Assembly: GCA_046497275.1 (NCBI GenBank)
Contig: JAWOFX010000083.1
Span: forward strand, 5,721 to 37,720
Direction of reading: 5' to 3'
Origin: Promethearchaeia archaeon
GTDB lineage: Archaea; Asgardarchaeota; Lokiarchaeia; Sigyniarchaeales; SOKP01
Length of the DNA: 32,000 nt
A model generated the notes under the pieces. The model ran no database searches, had not been told where the DNA came from, and saw only the letters and a program-made list of their open reading frames with translations. This document shows positions 26,772-32,000 of the stretch, piece by piece; within the stretch, counting starts at the first letter, position 1, and the number at the start of each line of letters is the position of its first letter. The translations under genes and the position numbers were made by a program.

Positions 26772-27554
26772 TTGAAAATAATTGAAATTGAAGGAATTGG
26801 AAAAAAATACGCTAAAGATTTGAATAAAGCAAACATAGAAGAAGTAGAGGATTTAACAAAATTAAGTTGGGAAGAGCTTGAAAATCTCGCTGAAAAAACA
26901 AAAATATCCTTAAAACTATTAGACAAATGGCAAGAACATGCTGATTTAATGAAAATTAAAGGTGTTGGACCGGAATATGCAGAAGTTTTGAATAAAATAG
27001 GAATAGATTCAGTAAAAGAACTATCTCATCGTAATCCAGAAAACACATTGAAGAGGATTCAAGAATTTGATAAAGAGCAACCAGATGTTATAAGGAGATT
27101 GCCTGTTCTGGATCAATTAAAGGATTGGATTAATCAAGCAAAAGTTAAATATGAGGAGAAAGGGCCAGGCACGAAATTGATCAAAATTGAAGGAATAGGG
27201 GACGTTTACGCAAAAGATTTGAAAAAAGCTGGATATGAAACATGTGAACAATTACTTCCTCTTTCCAGAGATGAAATCAAAGAATTGGCAAAAAAAACAG
27301 GAATATCATCAAAACTAATTGATAAGTGGCAAGAACATGCTGATTTAATGAGAATTAAAGGTGTCGGTCCAGAATATGCGGAAGCCCTAAATGAGAGCGG
27401 TATAGATTCTGTAAAAGAACTTGCACAGAGAAATCCAGAAAATACATTAAAAAAATTAGAAGAGTTAGATAAGAAGAAGCCCGATATTATACGTAAATTA
27501 CCCCTTTTAGATGATATTTCGGATTGGATTGATCAAGCAAAAAAAATAAAATAA
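26772..27554 (+). CDS. Tandem DUF4332 (HhH-containing) protein
   Basis: Two copies of IEGIG..YA..L.....WQEHADLM.IKGVGPEYAE.L...GIDSVKEL..RNPENTL, offset by 133 aa. Confidence 0.88.
   Translation: MKIIEIEGIGKKYAKDLNKANIEEVEDLTKLSWEELENLAEKTKISLKLLDKWQEHADLMKIKGVGPEYAEVLNKIGIDSVKELSHRNPENTLKRIQEFDKEQPDVIRRLPVLDQLKDWINQAKVKYEEKGPGTKLIKIEGIGDVYAKDLKKAGYETCEQLLPLSRDEIKELAKKTGISSKLIDKWQEHADLMRIKGVGPEYAEALNESGIDSVKELAQRNPENTLKKLEELDKKKPDIIRKLPLLDDISDWIDQAKKIK
26928..27351 (+). repeat. Identical 25-bp direct repeat marking the internal duplication
   Basis: TGGCAAGAACATGCTGATTTAATGA at 26928-26952 and 27327-27351 (399 nt apart). Confidence 0.9.
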
Positions 27555-27576
27555 ATTCTTCTTCTTATTAATTAAA

Positions 27577-27593
27577 TTCTTTTTTATTTTTTC
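27577..27593 (+). terminator. Oligo-T tract after the DUF4332 gene
   Basis: TTCTTTTTTATTTTTTC shortly after the stop codon. Confidence 0.4.
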
Positions 27594-27697
27594 ATAATAT
27601 TTTAAATCAAATTCCTTTTAAAATTTCAAATTTAGGCTCAAATTTATTATTTTTATTTCATTTTTCGATTTAATAAACACGAGAATTTTAATGAAAA

Positions 27698-28489
27698 ATG
27701 GAAAACGGAAAATGGGTTGCGGGCGTAGATATTGGTAGTTTAGCAACCAAAATAGTATTATTAAATGAAAATAAACAGATGGTTGACTGGCGCTTAAACC
27801 GATCGACTTATGATTTTAAACGTGTTGGACGAGATTTATTCAAGGAAATCTTAGAGAAAAATAATTTGAAACGATCAGACGTTTATGTGATTTCTACTGG
27901 ATATGGGAGAAATATAATAGATTTTGCAGATGATAGGATTACTGAAATAACTGCCCATGCGAGAGGGGCTCAATCTTTCTATCCTGATGCCCATTCTGTT
28001 ATAGATATTGGAGGTCAAGATAGTAAAGCGATAGTTATGTCTTCCAAATCTGGTAATGTTATCGATTTTCAGATGAATGATAAATGCGCCGCTGGAACTG
28101 GACGATTTTTAGAGGTCATGGCAAATGCATTAGAGGTTCCTCTTGATAAGATGGGAGAACTTGCTTTAAACTCAAGAAAACCCGCTTCAATAAGTTCAAC
28201 TTGTACTGTTTTTGCTGAGAGTGAAGTTATTAGTTTATTTGCTCAGGGGATGTCAAAAGAAAACATCGCAGCAGGAATACATCAATCCATTGCTAAACGA
28301 GTAGCGGGAATGGCAAAAAGAATCGGTGTCGAACCCCTTTTAGTTTTCTGTGGTGGTGTTGCTAAAAATATAGCTGTTAAAAAATATTTAGAAAAAGAAT
28401 TGGGTTTTGACATCGTTCGACCAGAGTATCCACAACTTACAGGTGCTCTTGGAGCAGCCCTGTTGGTTATGGATAAAAACAAAAATTAA
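27698..28489 (+). CDS. 2-hydroxyacyl-CoA dehydratase activase (HgdC/BcrA-D-like ASKHA ATPase, [4Fe-4S])
   Basis: GVDIGSLATK, TGYGR, EITAH, IDIGGQDSK, MNDKCAAGTGRFLE, STCTVFAESEV, GGVAKN, GALGAA. Confidence 0.96.
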   Translation: MENGKWVAGVDIGSLATKIVLLNENKQMVDWRLNRSTYDFKRVGRDLFKEILEKNNLKRSDVYVISTGYGRNIIDFADDRITEITAHARGAQSFYPDAHSVIDIGGQDSKAIVMSSKSGNVIDFQMNDKCAAGTGRFLEVMANALEVPLDKMGELALNSRKPASISSTCTVFAESEVISLFAQGMSKENIAAGIHQSIAKRVAGMAKRIGVEPLLVFCGGVAKNIAVKKYLEKELGFDIVRPEYPQLTGALGAALLVMDKNKN

Positions 28490-28795
28490 TAGTTTTAATT
28501 AGTTATATGCTTATTTTTCACTAATTAATATCAAAAATACAATCTTATAAAAGTAATCCTTTTTAATTAGGAATAAGCAAAAGGGGTTCAAATTAATGAT
28601 TTAGACTAATTAATCCTAAATTAAGTTAAAAATTTTAAATGTAAGGTTTTTTAATAGCAAATAACTAAAATACCCACCTATTCCATTATATAAGCTAAAC
28701 CTCATTCCGTTCACCATATTCACTGGATTAGATGAAAAAATAATTTTGAATAGATGGATATTATTTAAAATCATAGGAAAAGAAAAATATATACC

Positions 28796-31528
28796 ATGAA
28801 TGAAGAAAATAAGAATAATTCTCTTGAAAAACCAGAATCACCTTGGAAAGTCTCATCAAATACTATTATTGGAAAACTCAATGTAGATCAAAATAAGGGA
28901 CTGAAAGAAAGTGAGATTGAACAAAGAAGAAAAAAATTTGGTTCTAACAAGATAGAAAGAAAAGAGAAAAAAAGCGCTGTGGAAATATTAAAAAATCAAT
29001 TGAAAAGCATCATTATAATTCTTCTTATTGCCGCAACGGTGATATCATTAATTTTCGGCGAAATTATAGAAGCTATTGCCATTGGTGCCGTGATAATAAT
29101 TAATACGCTAATCGGATTTTTCACAGAATTAAAGGCTGCTCGATCCATGGAAGCTTTATATGAATTAACAAAAATTGAATGTAAGGTTCTACGAGAAGGA
29201 GATGTGATTAAGATTTCTGCTGATGATTTGGTGGTGGGAGATATTACCGTTCTAGATGCCGGAGATCTCGTACCAGCGGATTTAAGAATCATTGAGTCTT
29301 CAAAACTTCAAGCGAATGAATCATCTTTGACTGGAGAATCAGTACCTGTTAATAAGCAGGGTGAAAAAATTGAAGATGAAGAAGTCCCATTGGCAGAGAG
29401 ATATAATATGCTATACAAAGGAACGGCAATCACACGAGGTTCTGCAAGGGGGATCGTTGTCGGAGTAGGTGAAGATACAGAATTAGGAAGAATCGCGTCT
29501 TTAGTTGAAGAAGCAGGAGAGGGAAAAACACCTTTAACACAGAGATTACAAAAACTGGGAAGGAATCTCTTTTGGGTTACATTAATAGTTGTGGTGGTTG
29601 TTGGAATAAGTGGTTTTATACGAAATCCTGATGAGTTATTTTTAATGGTTGAGTCCGCTTTGGCTTTAGCAGTCGCAACTGTTCCAGAAGGACTTCCCGT
29701 TGTTGCTACAATCTCTTTAGCACGCGGTATGTGGAGAATGGCAGAAAAGAATGCTCTTATAAGCCGTCTATCAGCTGTTGAAACTCTTGGATCTACAAAT
29801 ATCATTTGTACAGATAAGACAGGGACTCTCACAGAGAATAGGATGACCGTAATAAAAATATATGCAAATGAGAAAGTGATCGAAATTACAGGTAAAGGTT
29901 TCGAAACAGAAGGTAAATTCTTAATAGATGATGAAGAAATTAACCCAGAAGAAATAAGAACACTTTCTAGACTGGTTAAAGTATCTTTATTATGTAATAA
30001 TGCGAATGTTAACGAAGGAGAGGAAGAATCTGATTTAGATTTTGTTGGAGAGCCTTTAGAAGTGGCATTAATTGTAATGGGGATGAAATCGGGCACTAGC
30101 CGTAAACAACTTTTAGAGGAATATCCAGAGGTAAGAGAGGAATCTTTTGATCCCAGCATTAACAAAATGGCAACTATTAACAAATTTGATGATAAATATT
30201 TAGTTGCCGTTAAGGGAGCACCAGAAGATGTCTTAGAAGTGTGCAGGTCTTATTGGACCGTGAACGGAATAAAACCACTCAACCAAGAAATAAGAAATAA
30301 AATTTTACAGATGAACAGAGAATTCGCTGAAAAAGGTTTAAGAATAATTGCAGCAGCGACTAAAGAAGCTGAAAATCAAGATGTTGAGCCATATTCAGAA
30401 TTAGAATTTTTAGGACTCATTGCACTTTTAGATCCTGCCCGAAAAGAAGTTAAACCTGCAATTGAAATTTGTAAAAGTGCGGGTATAAAAATTGTTATGA
30501 TTACAGGTGATCAAGCACCTACTGCTCAATATATTGGAGAAGAACTTGGTTTAATCTCTCCTGAAAGGTCTAATGTTAAGAAAGGTAATATTATTAAAGC
30601 TTATGAAGAATTATCAAGAGAGGAAATTAATGATATTGAAAAAACTAACATTTTTGCCAGGGTTGAACCCGCACAAAAATTAAATCTGATTGAAATCTAT
30701 CAAAGAGAAGGAAATGTTGTTGCAATGACGGGAGATGGAGTGAACGATGCCCCTGCACTCAGAAAAGCAAATATTGGGGTCGCTATGGGGCAGAGAGGAA
30801 CTCAAGTTGCTCAAGAGGCATCAGACATGATTTTAGAAGATGATAATTTCGAAACGATTACTACGGCGGTGAGAGAGGGAAGAATAATTACGGACAATAT
30901 CAAAAATTTCGTTATATATTTACTCTCGTGTAATATTAGCGAGATTTTGTTAGTTTTTTTCGCATCACTCTTGGGGATGCCCTTACCCATTTTACCTCTA
31001 CAGATATTATTTTTAAATGTGGTAACAGACATCTTTCCCGCGTTTGCTCTTACTGCTGGAGAAGGAACGAAGGGAATTATGACAAGATCCCCTCGAGATC
31101 CAGATAAACCTATAATTACGAAGAATCATTGGTTTACACTCGGTATTTATGGGTTTGGATTAACTTTGACAGTTTTGGGAACATTTTCAATTGCACTTAA
31201 TGTCCTTAGATTTAGTCAAGCTCGTGCTGTCACGATTTCATTCTTGACTCTGGCTTTTGTACAACTTTGGCACGTATTGAATATGAGAAATTTTGGAACA
31301 TCTTTTTTAAAGAATGAAATTACGATAAATAAATATATTTGGGGAGCAATCATTTTAAGTGGTATAATAATCTTATTAGCAACATATCTGCCAGGACTTT
31401 CCTTTGTCCTAAAGACTGTGGATCCTGGCGTTGAAGGATGGAGTTTGATTCTAGGAATGAGTTTGATGCCTCTAATTTTAGGTCAAATTTGGAAATCCTA
31501 TGGAAAAGAGATCTCTATTTTTAGTTAA
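28796..31528 (+). CDS. P-type ATPase, type II (probably IIA, SERCA-like cation/Ca2+ transporter)
   Basis: LTGES, VPEGL, DKTGTLT (phosphorylated Asp), KGAPE, MITGD, TGDGVNDAPAL, SCNISE and QILFLNVVTD; about 10 TM segments. Confidence 0.97.
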   Translation: MNEENKNNSLEKPESPWKVSSNTIIGKLNVDQNKGLKESEIEQRRKKFGSNKIERKEKKSAVEILKNQLKSIIIILLIAATVISLIFGEIIEAIAIGAVIIINTLIGFFTELKAARSMEALYELTKIECKVLREGDVIKISADDLVVGDITVLDAGDLVPADLRIIESSKLQANESSLTGESVPVNKQGEKIEDEEVPLAERYNMLYKGTAITRGSARGIVVGVGEDTELGRIASLVEEAGEGKTPLTQRLQKLGRNLFWVTLIVVVVVGISGFIRNPDELFLMVESALALAVATVPEGLPVVATISLARGMWRMAEKNALISRLSAVETLGSTNIICTDKTGTLTENRMTVIKIYANEKVIEITGKGFETEGKFLIDDEEINPEEIRTLSRLVKVSLLCNNANVNEGEEESDLDFVGEPLEVALIVMGMKSGTSRKQLLEEYPEVREESFDPSINKMATINKFDDKYLVAVKGAPEDVLEVCRSYWTVNGIKPLNQEIRNKILQMNREFAEKGLRIIAAATKEAENQDVEPYSELEFLGLIALLDPARKEVKPAIEICKSAGIKIVMITGDQAPTAQYIGEELGLISPERSNVKKGNIIKAYEELSREEINDIEKTNIFARVEPAQKLNLIEIYQREGNVVAMTGDGVNDAPALRKANIGVAMGQRGTQVAQEASDMILEDDNFETITTAVREGRIITDNIKNFVIYLLSCNISEILLVFFASLLGMPLPILPLQILFLNVVTDIFPAFALTAGEGTKGIMTRSPRDPDKPIITKNHWFTLGIYGFGLTLTVLGTFSIALNVLRFSQARAVTISFLTLAFVQLWHVLNMRNFGTSFLKNEITINKYIWGAIILSGIIILLATYLPGLSFVLKTVDPGVEGWSLILGMSLMPLILGQIWKSYGKEISIFS

Positions 31529-31665
31529 ACTTTACCATTTTGAATTTCCTAACAATAATACTATTGAATGTAATAATATCGAGCCTTTCTCTCTAAAGAA
31601 TAAATTTTATCAAGAATATCCTCTTTTTTTGTATAATACTAGTATTAATGCTTAGAATTTTTATT

Positions 31666-32000
31666 ATGCAATCTTTGGAACTTTTATCTGAATTCACGAC
31701 TTTCATAGAACAAAAGAAAGCACAGGGTAAAAAAATCATAGGTTTCATCGGACACGACAATATACCGGAGGAGTTAATCGATGCGGCTGGATTTATCCCT
31801 TTAAGAATGATTTTCGCGGGAGATGATTCATTAATGAATGCAAGTCATAATTTTTTACCTCCATCAACTTGTAGTTTTGCCCAGAGTTGCATCGGATTTT
31901 TTTCCTTAAAACCAAATATGTATAGATTCTTAGATTACGTTGATTATATCCTACTCTCAAACCATTGTGTATCAGATATAGTGGTATCCGAAATTATCTG
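31666..32000 (+). CDS. 2-hydroxyacyl-CoA dehydratase/benzoyl-CoA reductase-like subunit (HgdB/FldC family), 3'-truncated; not in the supplied ORF track
   Basis: Hand translation: MQSLELLSEFTTFIEQKKAQGKKIIGFIGHDNIPEELIDAAGFIPLRMIFAGDDSLMNASHNFLPPSTCSFAQSCIG...YILLSNHCVSD. The pattern KIIG...PEELI.AAG..P with a Fe-S Cys is typical of the family. An alternative in-frame ATG lies at 31648. Confidence 0.88.
   Translation, partial: MQSLELLSEFTTFIEQKKAQGKKIIGFIGHDNIPEELIDAAGFIPLRMIFAGDDSLMNASHNFLPPSTCSFAQSCIGFFSLKPNMYRFLDYVDYILLSNHCVSDIVVSEII

Noticed and set aside
8771-28482. Remaining short nested or antisense ORFs (8771, 10935, 11560, 12638, 13087, 17959, 19920, 21655, 21895, 22552, 23079, 25967, 26239, 28282)
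   Set aside because: Each overlaps a longer gene with a clear family identity or typical coding composition.
28585-28593. GGTTCAAAT resembling a tRNA T-loop
   Set aside because: The flanks are AT-rich, with no T-stem, acceptor stem or D-arm.
28996-31032. Antisense ORFs of 98, 291 and 73 aa
   Set aside because: They lie opposite the conserved P-type ATPase; S/P/T/L-rich composition is typical of mirror-frame shadows.
1-32000. CRISPR arrays, IS elements, integrases, rRNA/tRNA genes
   Set aside because: I saw no regularly spaced repeats, transposase or integrase motifs, terminal inverted repeats or structured GC-rich RNA segments by eye.

Overview
Low-GC archaeal window, most likely from an Asgard archaeon (Lokiarchaeia-like). 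This is an inference from an Arf-like small GTPase, uDENN/longin-like domains, a V4R protein, archaeal CdhA, RadA and EndA. It holds about 25 CDSs; I found no rRNA, tRNA, CRISPR array or transposase. In order: 3' part of cdhA; a minus-strand trio (V4R protein, longin-like/Arf-like GTPase fusion, unknown protein with Trp-acidic repeats and a Zn ribbon); two near-identical RHH regulators flanking an SDR; a uDENN/longin + AbrB-like + ACT fusion; a sugar-nucleotide/alpha-glucan cluster (GalT-like, nucleotidyltransferase, large GH13, degenerate phosphohexomutase); a membrane protein; radA; MBL hydrolase; OsmC; membrane hydrolase; PfkB kinase; coiled-coil protein; MEMO1-like; endA; DUF47; VIT1-like; tandem DUF4332; acyl-CoA dehydratase activase; type II P-type ATPase; and the 5' part of a 2-hydroxyacyl-CoA dehydratase subunit. 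The best candidate for an undescribed system is the 2-10.5 kb region. There a longin-like domain appears fused once to a small GTPase and once to a ligand-sensing ACT module, reminiscent of the CASTOR/GATOR1/Rag nutrient-sensing parts list. All family assignments come from motif recognition by eye, without database searches.
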